Origin: Gaiellales bacterium
GTDB lineage: Bacteria > Actinomycetota > Thermoleophilia > Gaiellales > JAICJC01
Direction: 5' to 3'
Assembly (NCBI GenBank): GCA_036494095.1
Contig: DASXOR010000011.1
Span: forward strand, 1-48,319
DNA: 48,319 nt
A program made the position numbers and the translations under genes. Within the stretch, counting starts at the first letter, position 1, and the number at the start of each line of letters is the position of its first letter. The notes beneath the pieces were generated by a model. It saw nothing but the letters and a program-made list of their open reading frames with translations, was not told the origin of the DNA and did not search any database. Positions 34,634-43,554 of this stretch are shown here, piece by piece.

Positions 34634-35118
34634 GCCGCGCCGAGCAGGTCCAGGCCGAGCGGCCGTGCCAGCAGATCGGGGACGCCGGTCCCCGCCAGCC
34701 GCCACACGTTGCGATGGCCGAAACGGCGCAGAGCGCTCGCCGCGGCGGCGGCCCGGTGGCCGTCCGTGCACGCCGTGACCGTGGGGACGCCCGGCGGCAG
34801 GTGAGCCGCCTCACGCAGGCTCGCGAGCGGCAGGTGCGCCGACCCGGGGATGCGCCCCTCGCACGACTCCCAGGCGTCACGGACGTCGACCAGGAGCACG
34901 GCGCCCGTCGCGAGCTCGGCGCGCACCCGGCCGATGTCGACCGCGCCCGAGCGCTGCAGCCGGCGACGCCCGAGGGGAGCGCCGGCGCCCGACGCCGCGC
35001 GTCCGGGGCGGTGAACGTCCCGGCCGGCGCGGCGGTCGATGACGGTGGCCCCGGCGCTCAGAGCGGCGGCAACCGACTCCGGGCCGAGGGGCTGTGATCG
35101 AGGGCAGGTCGTGTGCAT
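34630..35118 (-). CDS. rhodanese-domain sulfurtransferase-like protein
   Basis: Track ORF 34630..35127 (ATG at 35118). Motif LLVDVRDAWESCEGRIPGSAHLP and active-site loop TACTDGHRAAAA. Confidence 0.7.
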   Translation of the reverse strand: MHTTCPRSQPLGPESVAAALSAGATVIDRRAGRDVHRPGRAASGAGAPLGRRRLQRSGAVDIGRVRAELATGAVLLVDVRDAWESCEGRIPGSAHLPLASLREAAHLPPGVPTVTACTDGHRAAAAASALRRFGHRNVWRLAGTGVPDLLARPLGLDLLGAA

Positions 35119-35123
35119 TCTTC

Positions 35124-35456
35124 TCAACTAACTCGGTAGATCTTATCGGATACTCGCGGCCCCTCCGCACCGTCGCCGCCGGCCGGCTCCATGAGCGCCC
35201 GCACGGGCGCCCGCTCGAATACCCCGGCAGCCGCGCGCAGACAGCTGCCGGTATCTGCGAACAGGGCATCCATCGTGATGCCGAACGCCGCCGCGATCCC
35301 CTGGGCGGTACGGGAGCGCGGCTCCGACCGTCCGTGCAGGATGTTCCACAGGCCTTGTGGTGACAGGCCGAGGTATCGGGCGAGCCGCTGCTGGCTGACG
35401 TTGTGCATGCCGAGCAGGTGGCGGAGGTTGGTTCCCAAGCTTTCCGTTACAGCCAC
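35124..35456 (-). CDS. XRE family HTH transcriptional regulator
   Basis: GTG 35456 (RBS GAGAGAGG 9 nt upstream) inside track ORF 35124..35720. Sequence LGTNLRHLLGMHNVSQQRLARYLGLSPQGLWNILHGRSEPRSRTAQGIAAAFGITMDALF. Confidence 0.7.
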   Translation of the reverse strand: MAVTESLGTNLRHLLGMHNVSQQRLARYLGLSPQGLWNILHGRSEPRSRTAQGIAAAFGITMDALFADTGSCLRAAAGVFERAPVRALMEPAGGDGAEGPRVSDKIYRVS

Positions 35457-35517
35457 AGGTTGATGCCTCTCTCGGTATCGGTGATGGCCCGCCGAAAAGC
35501 CCGCGGCGGGTTGTCGC

Positions 35518-35546
35518 TTGACAGCGACCCGATACCATCTTACCCT
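35518..35546 (+). promoter_or_regulatory. candidate sigma-70 promoter of the sulfate transporter operon: TTGACA-17 nt-TACCCT
   Basis: TTGACA at 35518-23, embedded in the dyad GTCGCTTGACAGCGAC (35513-28). TACCCT at 35541-46. Confidence 0.45.
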
Positions 35547-35580
35547 AATGTCAAGTAAGTCGATAGGCAAAGGAGAGAAG

Positions 35581-36612
35581 TTGAAGCGAGTACAAGTCCA
35601 TATCGCCGCAGCCGCCCTCGTGGTGGTCTCCCTGGCCGCCCTCGCGGCCGCATGCGGGGGCAGTGGCAGCACGGCCGGAGCCAGTCCCAAGCAGAAGATC
35701 AATCTGGTCGCGTACTCCACCCCGGAGACGTCCTACGCGAAGCTGATCCCCGCCTTCAATCAGACATCCGCGGGCAAGGGGGTCACCTTCACCCAGTCCT
35801 ATGGGGCGTCCGGAGACCAGAGCCGCGCGGTCGCAGCGGGACAGGCGGCCGACGTGGTCCATTTCGCCCTCGAGCCGGATATCGCACGCCTGGTGGACGC
35901 CAAGCTCGTGAGCCCCAACTGGGATCAGGGTCAGTACAAGGGCATCGTCGCGAACACGATGGTCGTGTTCGTCGTGCGCAAGGGCAACCCGAAGCACATC
36001 ACCACCTGGGACGACCTGACGAAGCCGGGCATGCAGGTGATCACGCCCAACCCGTTCACGTCGGGAGGCGCCCGCTGGAACATCATGGCGGCGTACGGCG
36101 CGCAGCTCAAGGAGGGCAAGACACCGGCCCAGGCCCAGCAGTACCTGAGCACCCTGTTCCACAACGTGCCGGTGCAGGACGACAAGGCGTCGGCGGCGCT
36201 GCAGACGTTCACCGGCGGCAAGGGTGACGTGCTCCTGGCCTACGAGCAGGACGCGCTCTTGGCGCAGGAGAGCGGTGCTCCGATCCAGATCGTGTACCCG
36301 CCGCAGACGATCGAGATCCAGACGCCCATCGCAACCACCGTCAAGGCCTCGGCGGCGGCCACGTCGTTCGTCAAGTGGCTGTACACGCCCGCCGCGCAGA
36401 CGATCCTGGCCCAGACCGGCTACCGGCCGGTGGTGGCGAGCGCCGAGTCCGCCTTCAGCAAGGCGTTCCCGAGCGCGCAGACGCCGACCGAGTTCACCAT
36501 CGACGACGTCGACTCGGGCGGATGGGACGACGTGATGACGAAGTTCTTCGATCCCACGAACAGCGTCATGCAGAAGATCGAGTCCAGCATCGGAGTGTCG
36601 ACCAGCTCATGA
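35581..36612 (+). CDS. sulfate/thiosulfate ABC transporter substrate-binding lipoprotein
   Basis: Track ORF 35518..36612, trimmed to TTG 35581 (AGGAG 5 nt upstream; low GC3 before it). Lipobox LAAACG. Sbp/CysP-like sequence. Confidence 0.9.
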   Translation: MKRVQVHIAAAALVVVSLAALAAACGGSGSTAGASPKQKINLVAYSTPETSYAKLIPAFNQTSAGKGVTFTQSYGASGDQSRAVAAGQAADVVHFALEPDIARLVDAKLVSPNWDQGQYKGIVANTMVVFVVRKGNPKHITTWDDLTKPGMQVITPNPFTSGGARWNIMAAYGAQLKEGKTPAQAQQYLSTLFHNVPVQDDKASAALQTFTGGKGDVLLAYEQDALLAQESGAPIQIVYPPQTIEIQTPIATTVKASAAATSFVKWLYTPAAQTILAQTGYRPVVASAESAFSKAFPSAQTPTEFTIDDVDSGGWDDVMTKFFDPTNSVMQKIESSIGVSTSS

Positions 36613-37427
36613 CGACGGTCGCACTCCCGCGCAGGCGGGCCTCCGGGGCGGCGCGACCCAGCGTCGCCCCGGGGGTTGCGATCACCTACCTGTCGGTGAT
36701 CGTGCTCCTGCCGCTCGCCGCCCTTCTGTGGACGTCGAAAAAGGGCGGCGCTCACGCCTTCTGGCAGGCCATCACCGCGCCCGACGCCGTCGCGGCGCTC
36801 AAGCTCACGCTGGGCGCGGCGCTCCTCGTCGCGCTCATCAACGCCGTCTTCGGCACCCTGATCGCGTGGGTGCTCGTGCGCGACTCGTTCCTGGGCAAGG
36901 GCGTCATCAACTCGCTCATCGACCTGCCGTTCGCGCTGCCCACGGTCGTCGCCGGCCTCACCCTGCTCACCCTGTACGGGCCCAACTCGCCGATCGGCCT
37001 GAACATCACCTACACGCGCAAGGCGGTCGTCCTTGCGCTCCTCTTCGAGACGCTGCCCTTCGTGATCCGAAGCGTCCAACCCGTCCTGCTCGAGCTCGAC
37101 CGCGAGATGGAGGACGCGGCCGCGTCGCTCGGGGCACGCGGGCACACCATCTTCCGCCGTGTCGTGCTCCCGAACCTGCTGCCGGCGATTCTCTCCGGGA
37201 TGGCCCTCGCCTTCGCCCGTGCGGTCGGCGAGTACGGGTCGGTCGTGATGCTCTCGGGCAACGTGCCCTTCTCGACCGAGGTCGCGTCGGTGCACATCTA
37301 CTCCCAGATCCAGAGCGACTACGTGACCGGCGCAGCCGCGATGTCGATCGTCCTTCTGGCGATCTCGCTGGCGGTGCTGCTCTCGATCACAGGCCTGCAG
37401 CGATGGAGCGCGAAGCATGATCGTTAG
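36609..37427 (+). CDS. cysT: sulfate ABC transporter permease CysT
   Basis: ATG 36609 (ATGA overlap) inside track ORF 36375..37427. EAA loop EDAAASLGARGHTIFRRVVLP. Confidence 0.9.
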   Translation: MTTVALPRRRASGAARPSVAPGVAITYLSVIVLLPLAALLWTSKKGGAHAFWQAITAPDAVAALKLTLGAALLVALINAVFGTLIAWVLVRDSFLGKGVINSLIDLPFALPTVVAGLTLLTLYGPNSPIGLNITYTRKAVVLALLFETLPFVIRSVQPVLLELDREMEDAAASLGARGHTIFRRVVLPNLLPAILSGMALAFARAVGEYGSVVMLSGNVPFSTEVASVHIYSQIQSDYVTGAAAMSIVLLAISLAVLLSITGLQRWSAKHDR

Positions 37428-38208
37428 GCTCGGACTCCGGTTCATCGCCCTCGCCTACCTGGCGCTCCTGCTGATCGTGCCGGTGACGATCATCGTCGTG
37501 CACACGTTCTCGGGCGGACTCGCCCCGGTGTGGAACTCGCTCACCACTCCCGACGCCGTGGCAGCCCTCGTGCTGACACTCAAGATCACGCTGATCACGG
37601 TGCCGCTGAACACGATCTTCGGCATCACGATGGCGCTCCTGATCGTGCGCCGCAACTTCCGCGGGAAGGCGCTGCTCTCGGCGCTCATCGACCTGCCCTT
37701 CGCAGTGTCGCCGGTGATCGTCGGGTTCACGCTGATCCTCGTCTACGGCATGAACGGCTGGTTCGGCAGCTTCTTCATCGACCAGGGCTACCCGATCATC
37801 TTCTCCACGCCCGGGATGGTGCTCGCGACGATGTTCGCATCGCTCCCGTTCGTCGCGCGCGAGGTGATCCCGGTGCTGCGCGAGATCGGCACCGAGCAGG
37901 AGCAGGCCGCCTCGACGCTCGGAGCCAAGGGCTGGCAGACGTTCCGCCGCGTCACCCTGCCCGCCATCCGCTGGGGCATCGTGTACGGCGTCGTCTTGAC
38001 GACGGCCCGCTCGATCGGCGAGTTCGGCGCCGTCGCCGTGGTGTCCGGGAACGTCATCGGCCAGACGCAGACCCTGACACTGCGCGTCTCCCAGGAGTAT
38101 CAGAACTTCGACCACATCGCCGCCTACACGGCCGCGCTCGAGCTCGCCGTGATCGCGCTCGTGACCCTGTTTCTGATGAACCTGTTCCATCCTCGAAAGG
38201 ACCACTGA
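37417..38208 (+). CDS. cysW: sulfate ABC transporter permease CysW
   Basis: Track ORF of 263 aa. EAA loop [21 protein letters not shown]. Confidence 0.9.
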   Translation: MIVRLGLRFIALAYLALLLIVPVTIIVVHTFSGGLAPVWNSLTTPDAVAALVLTLKITLITVPLNTIFGITMALLIVRRNFRGKALLSALIDLPFAVSPVIVGFTLILVYGMNGWFGSFFIDQGYPIIFSTPGMVLATMFASLPFVAREVIPVLREIGTEQEQAASTLGAKGWQTFRRVTLPAIRWGIVYGVVLTTARSIGEFGAVAVVSGNVIGQTQTLTLRVSQEYQNFDHIAAYTAALELAVIALVTLFLMNLFHPRKDH

Positions 38209-38212
38209 ACGC

Positions 38213-39211
38213 ATGGCCATCACCGTCCGCAACGTCAACAAGCGATTCGGCGACTTCGTCGCCCTCGACGGCGTCAGCCTGGAGGTGCCCTCGGGATCGC
38301 TGACGGCACTGCTCGGCCCAAGCGGGAGCGGCAAGTCGACGCTCCTGCGCGTGATCGCCGGCCTGGAGAAGGCCGACACCGGCGAGGTCTACATCGGCGG
38401 GAGCGAGGCGACCAAGCTGCCTCCGCACCGGCGTGACGTCGGGTTCGTGTTCCAGCACTACGCCGCGTTCAAGCACATGACCGTGGCCAAGAACATCGCC
38501 TTCGGGCTCGAGATCCGCAAGCGGCCGAAAGACGAGGTTCGCAAGCGGGTCGCCGAGCTGCTCCACCTGGTGCAGCTCGACGGCTTCGGTGAGCGCTACC
38601 CGTCGCAGCTCTCGGGCGGCCAGCGGCAGCGCATGGCGCTCGCCCGGGCGCTCGCGGTCGAGCCCGAGGTGCTGCTCCTCGACGAGCCCTTCGGTGCGCT
38701 CGACGCGCGCGTGCGCAGCGAGCTGCGGGCCTGGCTGCGGCGGCTGCACGACGAGATGCACGTGACCACGGTGTTCGTCACCCACGACCAGGATGAGGCG
38801 ATGGAGGTGTCGGACACGATCGTGCTCATGGACCGCGGCGCGATCGTACAGGAGGGCCACCCGCAGGAGCTGTACGACCACCCCGAGAGCGAGTTCGTCA
38901 TGCGGTTCATGGGCCAGGTGAACCGGATCGGCGGCGTCTACGTGCGCCCCCACGATGTCGAGATCCGGCTCGAGCCGAACGGGACAACAGAGCCGGCCGT
39001 GGTCGACCGGATCCTGCACCTGGGCCACCACATCCGGGTCGAGCTCTCGGTGAACGGCGGCGAGCCCGTGTCGGCGCAGCTGACTCGCGACGAGGCCGAC
39101 CGCCTCCGCCTCGAGCCGGGCCGGCCGGTGTTCGTGCGCCCGAGCCGGGCGAGGACGTTCGATGGTGGCCGGGGAGAGCTCTCAGCCGAGCCCGAGCCCA
39201 GCGCCGTTTGA
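38213..39211 (+). CDS. cysA: sulfate ABC transporter ATP-binding protein CysA
   Basis: Track ORF of 332 aa. Walker [10 protein letters not shown], signature LSGGQRQR, Walker B LLLDEP, plus a C-terminal regulatory domain. Confidence 0.9.
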   Translation: MAITVRNVNKRFGDFVALDGVSLEVPSGSLTALLGPSGSGKSTLLRVIAGLEKADTGEVYIGGSEATKLPPHRRDVGFVFQHYAAFKHMTVAKNIAFGLEIRKRPKDEVRKRVAELLHLVQLDGFGERYPSQLSGGQRQRMALARALAVEPEVLLLDEPFGALDARVRSELRAWLRRLHDEMHVTTVFVTHDQDEAMEVSDTIVLMDRGAIVQEGHPQELYDHPESEFVMRFMGQVNRIGGVYVRPHDVEIRLEPNGTTEPAVVDRILHLGHHIRVELSVNGGEPVSAQLTRDEADRLRLEPGRPVFVRPSRARTFDGGRGELSAEPEPSAV

Positions 39212-40570
39212 TCACAGGGCGGCGGCGGCGGGCGTGACGCACCGGTGGAGTCGCGCTTGGCCGGGGAAGCCCTTCAGGGTGTGCTCGCCGGCATCCTCGA
39301 ACTCGATCCCGCTTCCCGCCGTGAGGTCGCGAACGGTGGAGGAGACCAGGATCTCTCCGCGGCCGGCGAGCGCGGCGATACGCGCGCAGAGGTGCACGGC
39401 GATCCCGCGGACGTGATCACCGTCCGCTTCGACCTCACCTGTATGGACACCCGCCCGGAGTTCGAGGCCGATTCCCCCAACCCCGTTCATGACGGCCTGG
39501 GCACATCGGATTGCGGCGGCGGGCCCTTCAAACGTCGCCAGCATGCCGTCACCTGCGGAGTCGATGAATCGGCCGTTGCAGCGGGCGAGTTCGCGCCGCA
39601 CCACCTCGTCGTGCTTGGTCAACAGCTGCTGCCACACCGAGTCGCCGAGCGAGACGACGTGCTCGGTGGAGGCGACGATGTCGGTGAAGAGCACCGTGGC
39701 GAGCCGCCGATCTGTGCGCGGGCGAGGCGCCGCGTCCCCGGTGACGAAGGTCTCGATCTCGCGGAGAACGGCATCGGCATCGCCGATCCAGGGGATCCCG
39801 TCGTCGCCGGCAAGCTCGACGAACCGCGCATCCGGGACCTTCGCCGCGACGTACCGGCCGGCCTCGATCGGCTCCACCTGGTCGCCGGTGCGGTGGAGGA
39901 CGAGCGTCGGCGCGTGCACGACCGGCAGCACTTGACGGATATCGGTGTGCATGTGGATGCGCATGACGGCTTCGGCTGAAGAGGGACTCGCAGCCAGCCG
40001 CGTGTACGCGATCCAGTGCTCGAGCTCAACCGGGTCGTCGAGCATCCCCGGCGCCATCCAGCGGGCGTTCCGGACGACCCACGCTCGCGTGCCCCACCCC
40101 TCGCGGATGCTCGCGAGCCAATCGCTCCACGTGCGCTCGTCCCACGCCCACGGGTACTCCGCGGAGGCCGTCTGTGCAGGAGACGAGCCGAACAGCACGA
40201 GCGATGCCACACGATCGGGGTGGGCTGCCGCATACAGCGCCGACGTCAGACATCCGTCCCAGAGGCCGATGAGCGTCGTCTTCGGCGATCCGGCCGCGTC
40301 GAGGACCGCTTCGACGTCCTCGAGCGTCGTCTCGATCGGCGCAGGATTCCAGACCCGGTCCGAGAGCCCCGACCCGCGCCGGTCCATCAGGATCAGCCGG
40401 GAAAAGCCGGCCAGCCGCGTCAGGAAACGGGCCATGGACGGATACATCCAGGCGTACTCGAGGTTCGACAGGAAGCCCGATACCAGAAGCACGTCGCGCG
40501 GGCCGTCACCCACGACCTGATAGGCCAGCGCGATATCGCCGTTCCGGGCGTAGTGCAGGTCGGGCCTCAT
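39212..40570 (-). CDS. alpha/beta-hydrolase domain fused to a class III adenylate/guanylate cyclase domain
   Basis: Track ORF of 452 aa. N-terminal hydrolase fold. The C-terminal segment LATVLFTDIVASTEH...GDGMLATF...RAGVHTGEV is typical of a class III cyclase. Confidence 0.85.
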   Translation of the reverse strand: MRPDLHYARNGDIALAYQVVGDGPRDVLLVSGFLSNLEYAWMYPSMARFLTRLAGFSRLILMDRRGSGLSDRVWNPAPIETTLEDVEAVLDAAGSPKTTLIGLWDGCLTSALYAAAHPDRVASLVLFGSSPAQTASAEYPWAWDERTWSDWLASIREGWGTRAWVVRNARWMAPGMLDDPVELEHWIAYTRLAASPSSAEAVMRIHMHTDIRQVLPVVHAPTLVLHRTGDQVEPIEAGRYVAAKVPDARFVELAGDDGIPWIGDADAVLREIETFVTGDAAPRPRTDRRLATVLFTDIVASTEHVVSLGDSVWQQLLTKHDEVVRRELARCNGRFIDSAGDGMLATFEGPAAAIRCAQAVMNGVGGIGLELRAGVHTGEVEADGDHVRGIAVHLCARIAALAGRGEILVSSTVRDLTAGSGIEFEDAGEHTLKGFPGQARLHRCVTPAAAAL

Positions 40571-40627
40571 CGCGGCAGCACCACTCTCGCTCCCAATCCG
40601 ATCGCCGTACGCTATCCGCCGATCCGC

Positions 40628-41425
40628 TCAGCGGCTCGTGATGCCGCCGGTGTCACGCATCAGCCGCTGGGCCAGGAACACCGGGATCGCGGTCAGCGCG
40701 ATCACGAACACCGCGACCGCGTTCGCCTCGGGGGCGGTGTTCGGCAGCTTGAACTGGTTGTAGATCCACAAGGGCAGCGTCTGCTGGCTGCCGGCGGTGA
40801 AGAGCGTCACCACCACCTCGTCGAACGAGAGCGCGAATGCCAGCAGCCCGCCGGCCACGAGCGCGGTGGCGATGCTCGGCAGCGTCACGTGGCGAAACGT
40901 CTGCCAACCGTCGGCGCCGAGGTCCATCGACGCCTCCTCGAGCGACGTCGACGTGCGCCGCAGCCGGGCGACCACGTTGTTGAACACGACCACGATGCAG
41001 AACGTCGCGTGACCGGCGACGACCGTCCAGAGCGACGGATGGATCCCGAGGTAGTCGATCGTCGAGAGCAGCGCGAGGCCGGTGACGATCCCCGGAAGCG
41101 CGATCGGCAGCACGAACAGGAGCGACACGGTGTTCTGGCCGAAGAAGCGAAACCGCGAGAGCGCGAAGGCCACACACGACCCCAGCACGAGCGCCAGGCC
41201 GGCCGCCCGCAGCCCGACCGAGATCGAGTTCTCGAACGCCGAGCGGGCGAACTGGTCGTGCCAGGCCAGGTGGAACCAGTGGGTCGAGTACTGCGCGACC
41301 GGCCAGCCGGGGATGCGCGAGGCGTTGAAGGCGGACAGCACGATCACGAGCAGGGGCAGGTACAGGAACAGCATCACGAAGAGCGCGGCGATGCGAAGAG
41401 CGATGCGGACCGAACGGGGCTCCAC
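40628..41425 (-). CDS. ABC transporter permease (PotC/PotI-like, polyamine type)
   Basis: Track ORF of 265 aa. EAA loop EEASMDLGADGWQTFRHVTLP. Confidence 0.85.
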   Translation of the reverse strand: MEPRSVRIALRIAALFVMLFLYLPLLVIVLSAFNASRIPGWPVAQYSTHWFHLAWHDQFARSAFENSISVGLRAAGLALVLGSCVAFALSRFRFFGQNTVSLLFVLPIALPGIVTGLALLSTIDYLGIHPSLWTVVAGHATFCIVVVFNNVVARLRRTSTSLEEASMDLGADGWQTFRHVTLPSIATALVAGGLLAFALSFDEVVVTLFTAGSQQTLPLWIYNQFKLPNTAPEANAVAVFVIALTAIPVFLAQRLMRDTGGITSR

Positions 41426-41426
41426 G

Positions 41427-42335
41427 CTAAAGGGCCTCGAAGGCGCCGAGACGCTTCATCAGCATCAGGTAGACGACCACGATCGCGACGGGGACGCAGG
41501 CGAACGCCGCCGCGAACGGCACGTTCTGGGCGACGCCCTGGAACGCGAAGATGACGTTGCCGATGAACTCGTGGTTGTTGCCGCCGACCAGGTCAGGCAG
41601 GACGTAGTCGCCCAGCGTGAGCGAGAACGTGAAGATCGACCCGGCCGCGATCCCCGGCAGCGCGAGCGGCCAGATCACCTTGCGAAACGTGATCCACGCC
41701 CGCCCGCCCAGGTCGCTTGACGCCTCGAGCAGCGACGCCGGCACCCGCTCCAGGGCGGCGTAGACCGGCAGCACCATGTAGGGCAGCCACATGTAGCTGA
41801 ACGCGAGCCACATGGCGGTGTTGGTGAAGGCGAGGTGATACGGGCCCAGGCCGACCTTCGCGAACGCCCAGTTCATCGGCCCGTTCTGGGCGGTGATCAG
41901 CCGCCAGGTGTAGGCCTTGATCAGGTAGCTCGACCACAGTGGCATCAGCACGCCGACGAAGAGCAGTGCGCGCATCTTCGGCGAGGCCAGCCGCACCATG
42001 TAGTAGGCGAGCGGGAAAGCCATGGCGACGTCGGCGATCGTGACGAGCACCGCCATCTGCACCGTGTTGCGCGTGATGGAGCGGTACGTGGGGTCGTCCC
42101 ACAGCTGGCGGAAGTTGTCCAGCGTGAACGTGTGCAGGATCCGGCCGGACAGCTCGTCCTCGACCCACAGCGAGGTCAGGAGCAGGACGCCGAGCGCCGC
42201 CAGATAGACGACCAGGATCCAGCCGAGTGGCGCGGCCAGGAGCAGCGCGAGCTTGAGCGGCCGGCGCCGGTACAGGAACGCCGACAGCCGCCGGCGCGCG
42301 CCGGCCGCCCCCGCCTGGGCGGCGGGGGCGGTCAT
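41427..42335 (-). CDS. ABC transporter permease (PotB/PotH-like)
   Basis: Track ORF of 302 aa. EAA loop LEASSDLGGRAWITFRKVIWP. Confidence 0.85.
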   Translation of the reverse strand: MTAPAAQAGAAGARRRLSAFLYRRRPLKLALLLAAPLGWILVVYLAALGVLLLTSLWVEDELSGRILHTFTLDNFRQLWDDPTYRSITRNTVQMAVLVTIADVAMAFPLAYYMVRLASPKMRALLFVGVLMPLWSSYLIKAYTWRLITAQNGPMNWAFAKVGLGPYHLAFTNTAMWLAFSYMWLPYMVLPVYAALERVPASLLEASSDLGGRAWITFRKVIWPLALPGIAAGSIFTFSLTLGDYVLPDLVGGNNHEFIGNVIFAFQGVAQNVPFAAAFACVPVAIVVVYLMLMKRLGAFEAL

Positions 42336-42360
42336 GGCGCGTTCCGGCTGCAGGCCGGGG

Positions 42361-43554
42361 TCAGGAGTTCTTGATGTCGGTCCAGGCCGTCGTCCACTCG
42401 GAGTACGGGATGCAGGTGTTGCCGCGGCTGTCGCCGCAGTCGGTCAGCGGGGTCTTCCAGTAGGAGATCCGCTTGAAGTAGTTCTGGTCGGTGACGTGGT
42501 ACTGCGTGCAGTAGCCGGGCACCATCTTGTCCAGGATCGTGCACGCCTTCGGGTTGGCCGGAGCCGAGCCGAACGTGTAGGCGGTGTGGGCCTGCACGAA
42601 GGGCGTCGTCGCCCACTTCATCCACATGAGCATGCAGTTGGGATCCTTGGCCTGCGAGGACAGCATCCACGTATCCGCCCAGCCGGTCGCGCCCTCCGAC
42701 GGCAGCACCGAGGCCACCGGCACGTGGTCGGACTTCAGGGTGTTGTACTGGTACGGCCAGGTGGGGCCGATCACGATCGACCCGTTCTTGAAGTCGGAGA
42801 TCTGGGACGTGTAGCTGCCCCAGTAGTTGCCGATCTGCTTGCGCTGGGTCTTCAGGAGGCTGACGGCCGCGTCGAACTGCGGCTGGGTGAGCTCGTACGG
42901 ATCGGTGATCTTGAGGTCGGGCTGCGTCGCCTTCAGGTACACGGCGGCGTCGGCGATGTAGATCGGGCTGTCGTAGGCGTCCACCTTGCCCGCATAGCTC
43001 TTGCCGTCGAAGATGACGCCCCAGCTCGTGGGCGGGGTCGTGACGACCTTCGTGTTGTACATGAGCACGTCGGCGCCCCACTCGTAGGACACGCCGTAGT
43101 GCAGGCCGCCCACGGTGTTGTGGGGCGGTGACTGCAGCGCCGGGGAGATGTTCTTCCAGTCGGGGATCAGCTTCTGGACGTCGACCGGAACCACGTCGCC
43201 GGCGGCGATCAGCCGGTTGGTGGCGTCGCCCGAGGCGCTCACGCCGTCGTAGTTGCCGGAGCGCATCAGCTGCACCATCTCGTCGGAGGTCTGGCCGTAG
43301 GTGACGTGCACCTGGCAGCCGGTCGACTTCTCGAACGGCTTGACGACGTCGGGCCCGGTGTATCCCTGCCAGGCGATCAGGTTCAGGTTCGTCTCTGCCG
43401 GCCCGACCGTCTCGACGACCTTCGTATTGCCGGCTCCTCCGCCACCGCTGCCGCCGCCACCGCCGGCGCCGCCGCCGCCGCTCGACCCGCCGCAGCCCGC
43501 GGCCACCGCGAGCCCCGCTGTCGCCGCCACCAGGGCGATCCATCGCTTGCTCAT
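42361..43554 (-). CDS. ABC transporter substrate-binding lipoprotein (PotD/PotF-like)
   Basis: ATG 43554 (ATGA overlap with the ATPase stop) inside track ORF 42361..43785. Lipobox VAAGCGG followed by a Gly/Ser linker. Confidence 0.8.
   Translation of the reverse strand: MSKRWIALVAATAGLAVAAGCGGSSGGGGAGGGGGSGGGGAGNTKVVETVGPAETNLNLIAWQGYTGPDVVKPFEKSTGCQVHVTYGQTSDEMVQLMRSGNYDGVSASGDATNRLIAAGDVVPVDVQKLIPDWKNISPALQSPPHNTVGGLHYGVSYEWGADVLMYNTKVVTTPPTSWGVIFDGKSYAGKVDAYDSPIYIADAAVYLKATQPDLKITDPYELTQPQFDAAVSLLKTQRKQIGNYWGSYTSQISDFKNGSIVIGPTWPYQYNTLKSDHVPVASVLPSEGATGWADTWMLSSQAKDPNCMLMWMKWATTPFVQAHTAYTFGSAPANPKACTILDKMVPGYCTQYHVTDQNYFKRISYWKTPLTDCGDSRGNTCIPYSEWTTAWTDIKNS

Noticed and set aside
35518-35580. 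Upstream extension of the sulfate-binding protein ORF (track start 35518, ATG 35548)
   Set aside because: The codons before 35581 have low GC3, and the TTG at 35518 is part of a consensus -35 box. TTG 35581, with an AGGAG SD and an immediately following signal peptide, fits better.
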